Assembly: GCA_963422365.1 (NCBI GenBank)
Contig: OY729426.1
Location: 1,184,001 to 1,248,000, forward strand
Source: Nitrospirales bacterium
Lineage (GTDB): Bacteria; Nitrospirota; Nitrospiria; Nitrospirales; UBA8639
Direction of reading: 5' to 3'
DNA: 64,000 nt
The position numbers and the translations under genes are program-made. Numbering within the stretch: the first letter of the stretch is position 1; each line of letters opens with the position of its first letter. Below, one piece after another: positions 1 through 9,718 of this stretch. The notes under the pieces were generated by a model. That model saw only the letters and a list, made by a program, of their open reading frames with translations. It searched no databases and had not been told where the DNA came from.

Positions 1-410
1 GGATGTCTGAGAAAGAGCTTGACGACGACTTTTTGACTCTTGATTTGCCGCGCCAATCTTCGCAGACCTGCCTCGTCTTCATTGGTGGGAGCACCGATGG
101 TCAATTGATCGCGGAATTCCTGGGCCAGCCTGTTTTTCAAACGCAGCGCCGTCTGGTTGTCTAAGGGCTCTTCATGTGCCGCAAGACTTCTTGCAGTCCT
201 CAATTCTTCTTGGGGTAGCCGTGGCATGCCGACGAGGAGACGGCAGCCATGACCGTCTCCACCATCCCATTTTTCGATGTGTTCGTCGATTGATCGCCAG
301 CCGCGCAGGTTGAAGTATCCCACGCAGAAGTCCGCCCGGTCGGAAACCTTCATGGTTTCGGCCAGGGCCGGTCGGAGATGCTGTTCGATGTTATCGAAAA
401 TGCGGGGCAT
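1..410 (-). CDS. N-terminal part of a PLD-like nuclease domain / helicase-related protein, truncated by the window edge
   Basis: Hand-translated from ATG at 410: MPRIFDNIEQHLRPALAETMKVSDRADFCVGYFNLRGW...CRLLVGM...VVVKLFLRH, open to base 1. The MPRIFDN / DFCVGYFNLRGW start is recognised from PLD-SNF2 helicase-type proteins. Absent from the ORF track because it has no stop in the window. Confidence 0.75.
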   Translation of the reverse strand, partial: MPRIFDNIEQHLRPALAETMKVSDRADFCVGYFNLRGWRSIDEHIEKWDGGDGHGCRLLVGMPRLPQEELRTARSLAAHEEPLDNQTALRLKNRLAQEFRDQLTIGAPTNEDEAGLRRLARQIKSQKVVVKLFLRH

Positions 411-544
411 CAATCCGTCTTTATTCTACCTTGGCAAATTTTGCTGCTAAACATGGTGTCTTAAATAAGACCAATACCGCATAACCATCTCAGCACTGAA
501 TAGGGTGGTTGCCTCTGCCTGGCCTTATGAGAACGGATTGTTCA

Positions 545-592
545 CTGGATACCTGGTCAAGCCCGGTATGACGACGCCGTCATTCCAGTATC
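545..592. repeat. REP/RPE-like palindromic unit plus truncated partner
   Basis: Reverse complement of 545-573 is CGTCATACCGGGCTTGACCAGGTATCCAG; a partial partner CGTCATTCCAGTATC lies at 578-592. Confidence 0.5.
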
Positions 593-809
593 TGATTTGC
601 AAGGTCTTGTCTGGTTGTCATGCGGCGGCAATGGCGCCCGTTCGACTCAAGGGGTGGACCATAATACAAAATCGGCAATCTGCCAAGAGCCGATGACGGC
701 TCCGGTTGCGAGCAGCTAGTCTCTTGTCGCCTGCCTGGTGCTGTGGTACATTTTTCTTTTGTCTTGTTCATCCTAAACGAACAGTGCCCCAACCGCGTTC
801 ATCCGGCCC

Positions 810-3452
810 ATGTCCACACTCTACGATCACCAAGCCATTGAACAGAAATGGCAAGCCTACTGGCGTGAGCATCAGCCCTTTCGTTCTGAAAGAGACCCCG
901 ACAAACCAAAATTTTACGTTCTTGATATGTTCCCTTATCCATCGGGCTCTGGACTCCACGTGGGCCATCCCAAAGGCTATATCGCGACGGATATCATCTC
1001 TCGCTATAAACGGATGCGTGGCTTTAACGTCCTGCACCCCATGGGGTGGGATGCCTTCGGCCTGCCGGCCGAGCAATACGCGATTGAAACCGGAACTCAC
1101 CCGCGAGAAACCACCAAACGGAATATTGAAAATTTCAGACGGCAATTCCAAGCCTTGGGCATGGATTACGACTGGTCGCGGGAAATTGATACCACGGACC
1201 CCGCGTATGTGCGGTGGACGCAATGGATCTTTCGTCAACTCTATGAAAAGGGGCTGGCGTATCTGGCCGAAGTTCCGGTGAATTGGTGCCCGGCGCTGGG
1301 CACCGTACTGGCCAACGAAGAAGTGATCGACGGCAAGAGCGAGCGAGGAGGGCATCCGGTTGTGCGGGTGCCCATGCGGCAGTGGATGCTGCGCATCACG
1401 GCCTATGCCGATCGGTTGATTGATGACTTGGCATTAGTGGATTGGCCTGAATCCATCAAGCGGATGCAGCGGGAGTGGGTCGGCCGTTCGGAAGGCGCCA
1501 AAATTTTTTTTGAGGTCGTGGGGCATGAGCAACAATCGATTGAGGTGTTTACCACTCGTCCCGATACTCTATTCGGGGCTACCTATATGGTCCTGGCCCC
1601 GGATCATGCATTCGTGACGGCCATCACGACCCCCGAGCAACGTTCGGCGGTGGAGGCCTATGTTGAAGAAGTGTCCCGTCGGAGCGAACGGGCGCGTGTA
1701 GCTGAACTGGGTGAGAAGACAGGGGTTTTCACCGGAGCGTTTGCCGTGCATCCGGTTACAGGCAAGCCTCTTCCGATTTGGATTGCGGATTACGTGTTGG
1801 CGACCTACGGAACCGGAGCGATCATGGCGGTTCCGGCTCATGATACGCGGGATTATGCCTTTGCGAACCACATGCACTTGCCGATGGTCGAAGTCGTCTC
1901 TGGAGGTGATATTTCCATTGACGCGTTTACGGGTGACGGCACAAACGTGAATTCCGATTTTTTAAACGGATTAGCCTCTTCCGATGCCAAACTACGCATG
2001 TGCGACTGGCTGGCGCAACACGGGAAAGGTGAGCGAACCGTGTACTATAAATTGCGTGATTGGCTCTTCAGCCGACAGCGGTATTGGGGAGAGCCGTTTC
2101 CCGTGCTGCATTTTGAAGACGGCACGACGAAACTCATTCCGGAATCAGAGTTGCCGGTTATGCTTCCCGAGTTAGAAAATTTTCGCCCGAGCGGGGAGTT
2201 TGAAACACCCCTGGCTCGCGTCCGCGATTGGGTCGAGGTGACGGACCCCGAGACCCGACAAAAGGCTCTGCGTGATACCAATACCATGCCACAGTGGGCC
2301 GGAAGTTGTTGGTATTACCTTCGCTTTTGTGACCCCCGCAATACCCAAGAGCCGTGGTCCAAAGAAGCCGAACGGTATTGGATGCCCGTCGACTTGTACG
2401 TGGGAGGAGCCGAGCATGCCGTCTTGCATCTGCTCTATGCACGGTTTTGGCATAAGGTGCTGTATGACCTTGGGCTGGTGCATACGCCCGAACCCTTTCA
2501 GAAATTGCTGAACCCCGGCATGATCCTGGGATATAGTTATCGCTATTTTGATGACAATCTCTCCGATGATCCATCCTTTGTGGCGCAGTCGTACTCCACA
2601 TCGGCAGTGCGTTTTGACCATGACACCCCGCTTCACCAACAGACGGGAGGGGAAGTCAAGGCTCGATGGGTGGCTTCACAAGATGTGCGGTGGTCAGAGG
2701 AAGGGACGCCATTGCATCCGACGATTGACGGGTTGGTGTTGGAAGAAGTCACAGAGAAAATGTCAAAGAGTCGAGGCAACGTGGTCAATCCGGATGAGGT
2801 CATTGCCGACTATGGGACCGATGCGCTCCGGTTGCATGAAATGTTCATGGGGCCGTTGGGAAAAGGTGCCCCCTGGGCCCCCGAATCCATCCCCGGCGTG
2901 GTGCGGTTTCTGCAGCGAGCCTATCGTCTTGTCCTTGGTGAAAAGGAACAGGAGGGTTCGGGTGTGCTGGCCGTCGAGGGGAGTGGAACTCCCAATCAAG
3001 CACGACTGACGGCCCGGACGATTCAGGGCGTGACGCAGGACCTTGAGGAGATGAGTTTTAATACGGCCATTTCGAAACTGATGGTCTTTGTGCGGGATAT
3101 TACGAAAGATGGCCCTCTGCCGCGCGCTTCAGCCGAACCCTTTGTCTTGTTACTGTCGCCGTTTGCTCCACATTTGGCGGAAGAATTGTGGGAAGGGTTG
3201 GGATACACGCCGAGTCTTGCGCATCAGGCATGGCCGCCGTTTGATCCCGCCTTCGTGGTGCACGAGGAATTGACGATACCCCTTCAGGTTAATGGTAAGC
3301 TGCGAAGCAAGATTCAGGTACCGGCCGATGCAAAGAAAGAGGAAATTCTCGAGCTCGCGCAAAGCGATAAAAAATTGGTGGAATGGTTGCAGGGAACGAC
3401 GACTCGAAAAGTGATTTACGTCGAAAATAAGTTAGTCAATTTTGTGGTCTAA
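810..3452 (+). CDS. leuS: Leucine--tRNA ligase
   Basis: HVGH (HIGH) and KMSKS motifs, editing-domain TTRPDT and [12 protein letters not shown]; 880 aa. Confidence 0.98.
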   Translation: MSTLYDHQAIEQKWQAYWREHQPFRSERDPDKPKFYVLDMFPYPSGSGLHVGHPKGYIATDIISRYKRMRGFNVLHPMGWDAFGLPAEQYAIETGTHPRETTKRNIENFRRQFQALGMDYDWSREIDTTDPAYVRWTQWIFRQLYEKGLAYLAEVPVNWCPALGTVLANEEVIDGKSERGGHPVVRVPMRQWMLRITAYADRLIDDLALVDWPESIKRMQREWVGRSEGAKIFFEVVGHEQQSIEVFTTRPDTLFGATYMVLAPDHAFVTAITTPEQRSAVEAYVEEVSRRSERARVAELGEKTGVFTGAFAVHPVTGKPLPIWIADYVLATYGTGAIMAVPAHDTRDYAFANHMHLPMVEVVSGGDISIDAFTGDGTNVNSDFLNGLASSDAKLRMCDWLAQHGKGERTVYYKLRDWLFSRQRYWGEPFPVLHFEDGTTKLIPESELPVMLPELENFRPSGEFETPLARVRDWVEVTDPETRQKALRDTNTMPQWAGSCWYYLRFCDPRNTQEPWSKEAERYWMPVDLYVGGAEHAVLHLLYARFWHKVLYDLGLVHTPEPFQKLLNPGMILGYSYRYFDDNLSDDPSFVAQSYSTSAVRFDHDTPLHQQTGGEVKARWVASQDVRWSEEGTPLHPTIDGLVLEEVTEKMSKSRGNVVNPDEVIADYGTDALRLHEMFMGPLGKGAPWAPESIPGVVRFLQRAYRLVLGEKEQEGSGVLAVEGSGTPNQARLTARTIQGVTQDLEEMSFNTAISKLMVFVRDITKDGPLPRASAEPFVLLLSPFAPHLAEELWEGLGYTPSLAHQAWPPFDPAFVVHEELTIPLQVNGKLRSKIQVPADAKKEEILELAQSDKKLVEWLQGTTTRKVIYVENKLVNFVV

Positions 3453-3468
3453 AGGGGGACCCCACTTG

Positions 3469-4149
3469 ATGAACAGATTCGTCTCATCTCTCATTGTCGT
3501 TTTGATGTTACTCGTGTTTCTCCCAGGATGCGGCTACCAATTTTCCGTGGAAGGACCCGGCCCACGAATCGGGGAAGGTCCGGACCGTGAAAAGGAGGGA
3601 CCTTTGGTCCGGTTGGTCATTCGAGACCTGCTCAACCGCACGTTCCAGAGCAATTTGGAATTCGTGTATACCAGATACATGCGGCAGGAATTTGCCGTCA
3701 GCGGCGGGGCGCAAGTCGTGGCGGAGGATACGCAAGCCGATTATGTCATGACGGGAGAGATCGTCTCGGTGACGATTCCGTCACTCACGTTTTCGGCCGG
3801 CCAAACCCGAGAACGCCGCGTGAAGGTGGTTGTGCGCGTCATGGTGGCACATCGACAGACTGGCAAGGGGCTCTGGACGGAAACGGCCACAGGCACCGGA
3901 GAGTTTTTTGTGAATCGTGCTCCCGATCTCGAAGCCAGGCAGGATCAAATTCAGTTTAACCGAGTCCTGCAAGACCGGGCATTAGAGCAGGCAGGCCAAG
4001 AGGCCGCGCAAATTTTAGCGGCAGCATTCTGGGATGCGAGCGACCAAGGGATTTTTTCTCAGGCTCAAGCCCCGTCCCCTTCTCATTTTTCTTCAACCAG
4101 CCTTGGGCTACGTGGACGCTCGGCGGCCCTTGTTGCGTCGCATGCCTAG
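3469..4149 (+). CDS. lptE: LPS assembly lipoprotein LptE-like
   Basis: Lipobox LPGC-GY and position between leuS and holA. Confidence 0.75.
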   Translation: MNRFVSSLIVVLMLLVFLPGCGYQFSVEGPGPRIGEGPDREKEGPLVRLVIRDLLNRTFQSNLEFVYTRYMRQEFAVSGGAQVVAEDTQADYVMTGEIVSVTIPSLTFSAGQTRERRVKVVVRVMVAHRQTGKGLWTETATGTGEFFVNRAPDLEARQDQIQFNRVLQDRALEQAGQEAAQILAAAFWDASDQGIFSQAQAPSPSHFSSTSLGLRGRSAALVASHA

Positions 4150-4172
4150 GCACGCGTTCCGGAGAAGAAACA

Positions 4173-5237
4173 GTGATCACACCTGCCGAACTCGGTCCGT
4201 CCTTACACAAGAAGCGGTTGTTTGTGGCCCTTGGAGAAGAAGACTGCTTGCGCGATCAAACCATCGAGATGATTCGAACCCATGGCTCCTCGCGTTCGAA
4301 GGGCGTGAGTGCAGGTGACGTACGGAACAACCCTGACGATCGTGATGTTTTTTCCTGTGATATCCTGTATGGCGACGAAACGAATGCACAGGAAGTTTTG
4401 GCCCGTGCCCAAGAAATTCCCTTCTTTTCAAACCACCAAGTGGTTCTTCTGAAATGGGCGGACAAGTTTCCTGCCCGAGAGGGGGAAGCCCTTATTCCCT
4501 ATTTTTCCGCACCGTCCGATTCAACAACCCTGATCGTCTCTGCGGGGAAACTGGACGGTCGGCTGAAATGGGTCCAAGTCTTGAAGAAACAGTCGGTGGT
4601 GGTGAATTGTGCGCCCTTGTACCCCAATCAACGATTGGGGTGGGTTCGTCAGGAGGCCGCGCGTTTAGGGCTTCGGCTCGATGCCGAAGCAGCAGGGTTA
4701 CTCAAAGACTTGGTGAGCGAAGGGTTGTATAGGGTACGGCGGGAATTGGAGAAGTTGTCTCTCTATGTCTCAACAAAGGAAACGGTCAAAGCCTATGATG
4801 TTGTTGCTGTCCAGGGAGCGGAACCTGGAGCGTCGGTGTTTGACCTGTCGGGAGCCATCATACAAGGCAATGCGCCCCAAGCCCTCCTCATTTTGGAGAA
4901 AAACTTAGAGTCAGGTGAAGCCCCACTTCGGATGCTTGGGGCGTTGCTGTGGCAGTACCGTCGTCTGTGGAAAGCCAAAGATGGGTTGAGTCGTGGAGTC
5001 GGTGAGGCCGCGGTCGCGAAGCCCCTAGGGCTTCCTCCTTTTCGGCAGGGCGAGTTTTTTGCCATGGTCAAACGCATTCCCTTGTCGCATTTTCCTGAGG
5101 CGTTTCAAGCCTTTTCGGGAACGGATCGTGCGCTGAAAGGTGGATCTGCAGGTTCCCCGCACCGGATCCTGCATGCATTGATCATTGCCTTGTGCCAATC
5201 GGCACAATCGCTGTCTCGGACGCAGTTGCGAACTTAA
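4173..5237 (+). CDS. holA: DNA polymerase III delta subunit
   Basis: GEE...PFF...ELEKLSLY...VFDL motifs; leuS-lptE-holA synteny. Confidence 0.9.
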   Translation: MITPAELGPSLHKKRLFVALGEEDCLRDQTIEMIRTHGSSRSKGVSAGDVRNNPDDRDVFSCDILYGDETNAQEVLARAQEIPFFSNHQVVLLKWADKFPAREGEALIPYFSAPSDSTTLIVSAGKLDGRLKWVQVLKKQSVVVNCAPLYPNQRLGWVRQEAARLGLRLDAEAAGLLKDLVSEGLYRVRRELEKLSLYVSTKETVKAYDVVAVQGAEPGASVFDLSGAIIQGNAPQALLILEKNLESGEAPLRMLGALLWQYRRLWKAKDGLSRGVGEAAVAKPLGLPPFRQGEFFAMVKRIPLSHFPEAFQAFSGTDRALKGGSAGSPHRILHALIIALCQSAQSLSRTQLRT

Positions 5238-5240
5238 CAT

Positions 5241-5264
5241 GTAGGGCCAAATCTCATGTGGCCT
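5241..5264 (+). repeat. GTAG-headed REP-like palindrome
   Basis: GTAGGGCCAAATCTCATGTGGCCT matches the reverse complement of 46501-46524 at 20/24 positions. Confidence 0.55.
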
Positions 5265-5349
5265 GGAGAAGGTACCATCAGATGGCGCTGCGACGGATAG
5301 AGAAAGAAGGAGGGATAAAAGATCCCGCAGCTACAACTTTGAGGTTGGG

Positions 5350-5622
5350 TTAGTGGGATTTGAGGACGTTGAACTGAGTCGAGAGTTGAGAAATACGTCG
5401 GGAAGCGGTATTCCGATGGAGCGCTCCTTTGGCCACGGCTTTGTGAAGGGCGGAGGTGGCTTCCTGGAGAAGGGGGTGAGCCGATTGTGTATCGTGTTGT
5501 TGGAGAGCAGTTTTAAATTTTTTCACGGCCGTATTGGTTCGATGCAAGATCGCGTGTTTCCGCACATGACGTTTCTCGGCTTGACGGGCACGTTTGATAG
5601 CTGATTTATGAACAACCGGCAT
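5350..5622 (-). CDS. rpsT: 30S ribosomal protein S20
   Basis: MPVVHKSAIKRARQAEKRH...KGALHRNTASRRISQL; GGAG RBS before ATG 5622. Confidence 0.95.
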   Translation of the reverse strand: MPVVHKSAIKRARQAEKRHVRKHAILHRTNTAVKKFKTALQQHDTQSAHPLLQEATSALHKAVAKGALHRNTASRRISQLSTQFNVLKSH

Positions 5623-5732
5623 AAGACTCCTTTTTACTTCATTAAGGCTTTGAACTTTAAAAACTAACATAGCCCCTTCTTAATGGTCAATGGAAAAGAT
5701 ACAAGAATGAGTCAAAACACAGGAGGAGGGGG

Positions 5733-6330
5733 ATTCAAGCCAAAGAGCGACTTGTGTTTTGCCTTGGATGTACCAACGGTGCAGCCGAAGCAATGCTGGA
5801 TGGCGTCCAAGAGTCGGTTGGGGTGATAAAAATTGGGTTGGAACTCTTTGTGAGCAAAGGCCCTGCGGTTATTCGGATGGTGCAGAAGTATAGAAAACCT
5901 GTATTCCTCGACTTGAAAGTATTGGATGTTGCGGAGACGGTGCAACGGACCACCGCGCGGGTCGCTGACATGGAGGTATCTTTCCTTACCGTGCATGCCG
6001 AGCGAAAAGCCGCTGGCGGCTTTCGTGAAGGGACGGACAGGCAATCCTGGGATGAAAATTCCGGCGGTGACGGTGTTGACGAATGTCGAGCGTGCGGATT
6101 TTCGGAAATGGGGATACGACGGGGCCACTGAACAAGTGGTGGTAGCTCTTGCACGAGTGGCTACCGACGTAGGGTGTGATGGGGCATTGCCTCGGGAAAG
6201 GAGCTCATGGCCATTCGATCCGCAATCGACTCTCTGTTTTTAATTATGATGTCTGGAGTACGGCCTGCCCGGCAAGGAGGTGGATGATCATGCTCGTCCC
6301 ACGACGCCTCACCACGCCATTCAAGCAGGC
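5733..6330 (+). pseudogene. pyrF: Orotidine-5'-phosphate decarboxylase pseudogene with multiple frameshifts and 3' truncation
   Basis: Motif pieces in different frames: ERLVF/ALDVP, KIGLELF, VFLDLKVLDV, FLTVHA, AVTVLTN, GCDG, SGVRP, DDHARPTTP..AIQAG; the C-terminal GRPI region is missing. Confidence 0.85.
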
Positions 6331-6417
6331 CCACCGCGTTTGTCTTGCGTCGCGTCTGGTCTTTTCAGTAAGATCTGGCTACGTTCATGAAACGGTCTTT
6401 GTCACGATTCGTTGGGT

Positions 6418-6495
6418 GGTGGGTGTAGCTCAGTTGGTTAGAGCGCCGGATTGTGGATCCGGAGGTCGCGGGTTCAATTCCCGTCACTCACCCCA
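6418..6495 (+). tRNA. tRNA-His (GTG)
   Basis: Acceptor GTGGGTG/CACTCAC with G-1:C73, anticodon arm CCGGA-TTGTGGA-TCCGG, T arm GCGGG-TTCAATT-CCCGT, encoded CCA. Confidence 0.97.
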
Positions 6496-6820
6496 TTTTT
6501 CATCTTTCAATGTCCAGCCTTCTGCGCTGTTCAGTTTTCTCAATCCAGTGGTGATCCACTGGTCAGTTGACTCGGATAATCGTGTCATGCTTCTGAACAT
6601 ACAGCCTGCCTCCGAGCCGAGCTCGGTGGAGTGACAATCGTCTCGCTGTATTTGTAGCGGTTGCATTTCATGCGGTCCAGAGGGGGTCGAATGAGAGCCC
6701 GCAACTACGCAACTACATAAGAGGGAAAAGAGGGTGCCGTGAAGTAAGGTGCGGGCCTGCAAGAACGAGAGGACGATTTTCGCGTTGCCTGGGATTGCGA
6801 GGCTGGGTATTGTTCTTTGA

Positions 6821-9076
6821 ATGGAGTGGCGTGAACAGAAATATTGGTCGGCAGTGATGCCATCTCGTTCATGGGTCCGTAGTGGAAGCCTCCTCGTCAT
6901 TTTTCTCTTGACGAGTGTCTCTTTATTGCCCCAGTCCGATGCTCGGGACATCGTCTGTGAATCGGCAGAAGAAGGTTTTCGAACTGCCGAGTCTTTTTCC
7001 GACACGCATCCCGATCAAGTGCTTCTGCAGGTCGAACATTTTCTCTGCGTGCAAGAGGCGCAGCCAGGAACCGTACTGGCCCGGCGCGCAGGATTCAGGA
7101 TAGGATGGGCTCTTCTCGAACATGATCCGGCCCGGGCCCTTGACTATCTACGTGCGGCACGCAAGGATTTTCCACTCCTTGAAGACTATGTGTTATTGAA
7201 GCTCGGTCAAGCATTGGGGCGTATGGGTTCATCCCATGAATCTGCACTGATGCTTGAAGCGGCACTGGATCTGTCCGCCCCTTCCGCCTTGAGAAACGAA
7301 ACGTCGTATGAAGCGGGATTCGCCCGGTTTGAGAACGGGCAATGTCAGCGTGCCATTGCTCACCTGCGCCATGCCACTTCCCGTGATCGGGATTCTCCGT
7401 ATGCTCCCCGAGCCTTCTCTGTTCTTGCCGATTGTGCTGCGCGATTGCAACAGGTGACCCAGGCGAAACAAGCGCTACGCGAAATTTGGCGGAACTATCC
7501 AGAATCTCCCGAAGCTCAAGTTGTCAAGCAAATCGTGCAGTCAGGTCAGCCGACGGTGCTACAGTGGAAACCTTCGTTAGAAGATTATTATCAACGCGGC
7601 CACGTGTTGTATGAATTGGCGCGCTTTGAAGCCGCCATTCAGGATTTGCAGAAATTTTTGGCTGGTCGACCGCGTAGCCCAAGTTATGAGCAGGGGCTCT
7701 TTCGGTTGGGGATGGCCCATGTGCGGTTGAAACAGTATCCCCAGGCCGCGCAAAGTTTTCGCCAACTGGTCGCGACCTCTTCCGCGTATGCCGGCAAAGC
7801 CACAGTGTGGTTGGCCAAGGTGTACTTACGACAAGATCAAGGTCGGCTTCTTCTGAAGTTTCGCGATTCGCTCCCTCACGGCTTAAGTGTGAATGAACGG
7901 GGCCGGATCCGGTGGCTGAGTGGCGTATGGGCTGAAGGGGAGAACATGCTTCAGCAAGCTATCACGGCCTATGAGGACGCCTATCGTGTCGCTGATCTTC
8001 CTGCAATCAAAATGGATGCCTTGTGGCGTTTGGGATGGCTGCATTATCAACAAGGCGCGTGGGAAAACTCGGTTGAATCCTTTCACTCTCTTGCGGCTAC
8101 TGCTCCCGATCTGAGTTGGCAAAATCGGGCTCGATATTGGAAAGCGCGGGCGCTTGAACGGATGGGACGAGACGATGAGGCCCAAACGTTGTATCTGCAG
8201 ATCTCTACGGAGTGGCCCATGACCTATTATGGGCAATTATCTCAGTCTCGTCTGCAGCGTCCACTCCGCGCGGGACGCGGTCAACGTGAAAACCAGCCGA
8301 ACCCGGCGCTAAACGTTTCCGCATCGTCTGCACTCCAAACCAATACGCATTTCCAAAAAGCAGGGGAACTGTTGACGCTGGGTCTCCGCCAGGAAGCAGC
8401 AGAAGAATTGTTATGGGTCAAGGAAGACTATCGTAATCAGCCGGAAATCCTCTATGCTGTCGCGCTGCAGATGATGGAAGTTGGAGATTATGAATCAGCG
8501 ATATTGATAGCCAACCGGTACTTTCGGGAACCCCTGGAGCGTCGCCGGATTCCCTCCGATTCTCCGTTATGGCGTATGGCGTATCCAACGGGATATTTAA
8601 CAAAGATCCGGCAATATGCCGACCCGCATGTGGATCCCTTCTTGGTTGCGGGGATTATCCGTGAAGAAAGTTTGTATAATGCCAAGGCCTTGTCACCCGT
8701 CGGCGCTATGGGACTGATGCAATTAATGCCGAAGACAGCGACCCGCGTCGCCCGCCGCTTAGGCGTCGGATCCGTCGATCGGGAGGATTTGTTGGAAGGA
8801 GATTTGAATGTTCGGCTAGGGGTTCATTATGTTGGTGAATTGTTACGTGAATATAAGGGAAATCTCATTCAAGCCGTAGCAGCGTATAATGCCGGTCCCC
8901 ATGCCGTGAAACGTTGGATTGCCAAGTTTGGTGATCGAGAGCCGGATGAATTTGTCGAACTGATTTCCTATAGGGAAACCCGTCGGTATGTGAAACGGGT
9001 TATTACAAGTTATCGTATATATCACTCCCTTCATTCCACAACCTGTAGTGTTCTTCCTCTTGACAAGACCTGCTAA
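6821..9076 (+). CDS. slt: TPR-containing soluble lytic murein transglycosylase
   Basis: SLT motifs IIREES, GAMGLMQLMP, AAYNAG, ETRRYV after TPR-like repeats; start uncertain. Confidence 0.9.
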   Translation: MEWREQKYWSAVMPSRSWVRSGSLLVIFLLTSVSLLPQSDARDIVCESAEEGFRTAESFSDTHPDQVLLQVEHFLCVQEAQPGTVLARRAGFRIGWALLEHDPARALDYLRAARKDFPLLEDYVLLKLGQALGRMGSSHESALMLEAALDLSAPSALRNETSYEAGFARFENGQCQRAIAHLRHATSRDRDSPYAPRAFSVLADCAARLQQVTQAKQALREIWRNYPESPEAQVVKQIVQSGQPTVLQWKPSLEDYYQRGHVLYELARFEAAIQDLQKFLAGRPRSPSYEQGLFRLGMAHVRLKQYPQAAQSFRQLVATSSAYAGKATVWLAKVYLRQDQGRLLLKFRDSLPHGLSVNERGRIRWLSGVWAEGENMLQQAITAYEDAYRVADLPAIKMDALWRLGWLHYQQGAWENSVESFHSLAATAPDLSWQNRARYWKARALERMGRDDEAQTLYLQISTEWPMTYYGQLSQSRLQRPLRAGRGQRENQPNPALNVSASSALQTNTHFQKAGELLTLGLRQEAAEELLWVKEDYRNQPEILYAVALQMMEVGDYESAILIANRYFREPLERRRIPSDSPLWRMAYPTGYLTKIRQYADPHVDPFLVAGIIREESLYNAKALSPVGAMGLMQLMPKTATRVARRLGVGSVDREDLLEGDLNVRLGVHYVGELLREYKGNLIQAVAAYNAGPHAVKRWIAKFGDREPDEFVELISYRETRRYVKRVITSYRIYHSLHSTTCSVLPLDKTC

Positions 9077-9088
9077 AGATTTTATTTT
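9060..9088 (+). promoter_or_regulatory. Sigma70-like promoter for zapB-zapA
   Basis: TTGACA-17 nt-TATTTT. Confidence 0.5.
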
Positions 9089-9126
9089 AACTGTATCTTT
9101 CTGATTGTAAGTAAGGAGTTTGTCCT

Positions 9127-9393
9127 ATGAGTCTTGAAAAAATGGAAACATTAGAGGTCCGAGTGCGGGGATTAGTGGAGTTGGTCCAAAAATTAAGGCA
9201 GGCCAATGGATCCCTTCAGCAACAATTACACTTGGTTCAAGAGGAACTGGTGAAGCAAGAAGCCTTTTCACGCGAGTGGGAAGAAGAACGAACGACGATT
9301 AAGGTGCGAATTGAAAAGGTGCTGGGACAGCTGGATAGCCTGGAATCTTCAGAGACTGACCTACAGGGAATTGTCCATGACCAAGAGCATTGA
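9127..9393 (+). CDS. zapB: Cell division coiled-coil protein, ZapB-like
   Basis: 88-aa coiled coil with strong AAGGAG RBS, directly upstream of zapA. Confidence 0.7.
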   Translation: MSLEKMETLEVRVRGLVELVQKLRQANGSLQQQLHLVQEELVKQEAFSREWEEERTTIKVRIEKVLGQLDSLESSETDLQGIVHDQEH

Positions 9394-9673
9394 AGTTAAC
9401 GTCTATGGACAGAGATTGGCCTTGCAGCCTGTTGAAGATGAAGGCTATGTCCAGGAACTTGCCCGATACGTTGAAGGACAAATGCATACCATTGCACAAG
9501 GGGTGACGATCTCCACGCCCACAAAAATTGCTATTCTGGCCGCGATGAATATTGCGGATCAACTGTTTCGGCAAGAACGCCGTCGGCAGGCTGGAGAGGC
9601 CGAACTTGAGCGTCGAGCCGAGGTGTTGCTGGAGTGCATTGACTCCCATTTTGAGGCAAATAGCACCTTATAG
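9377..9673 (+). CDS. zapA: Cell division protein ZapA
   Basis: EVNVYGQ...YVQELARYVE...AILAAMNIADQL. Confidence 0.9.
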   Translation: MTKSIEVNVYGQRLALQPVEDEGYVQELARYVEGQMHTIAQGVTISTPTKIAILAAMNIADQLFRQERRRQAGEAELERRAEVLLECIDSHFEANSTL

Positions 9674-9683
9674 GGCTATTTTC

Positions 9684-9712
9684 TTGCATGAAGCGCAACT
9701 CTCTGATAACGT
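9684..9712 (+). promoter_or_regulatory. Sigma70-like promoter for the intergenic RNA
   Basis: TTGCAT-17 nt-TAACGT; predicted start near 9719, just before the 5' arm of the RNA stem. Confidence 0.45.
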
Positions 9713-9718
9713 TCTGAA

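Noticed and set aside
411..809. T-box leader upstream of leuS
   Set aside because: No T-box consensus (AAnnnGGGTGGnACC-type) followed by a terminator, and no specifier stem recognisable
768..1355. 195-aa antisense ORF and similar shadow ORFs (6484-7005, 19079-19696, 34970-35566, 50043-50651)
   Set aside because: They overlap well-supported genes on the other strand, have no motifs, and are expected from codon bias
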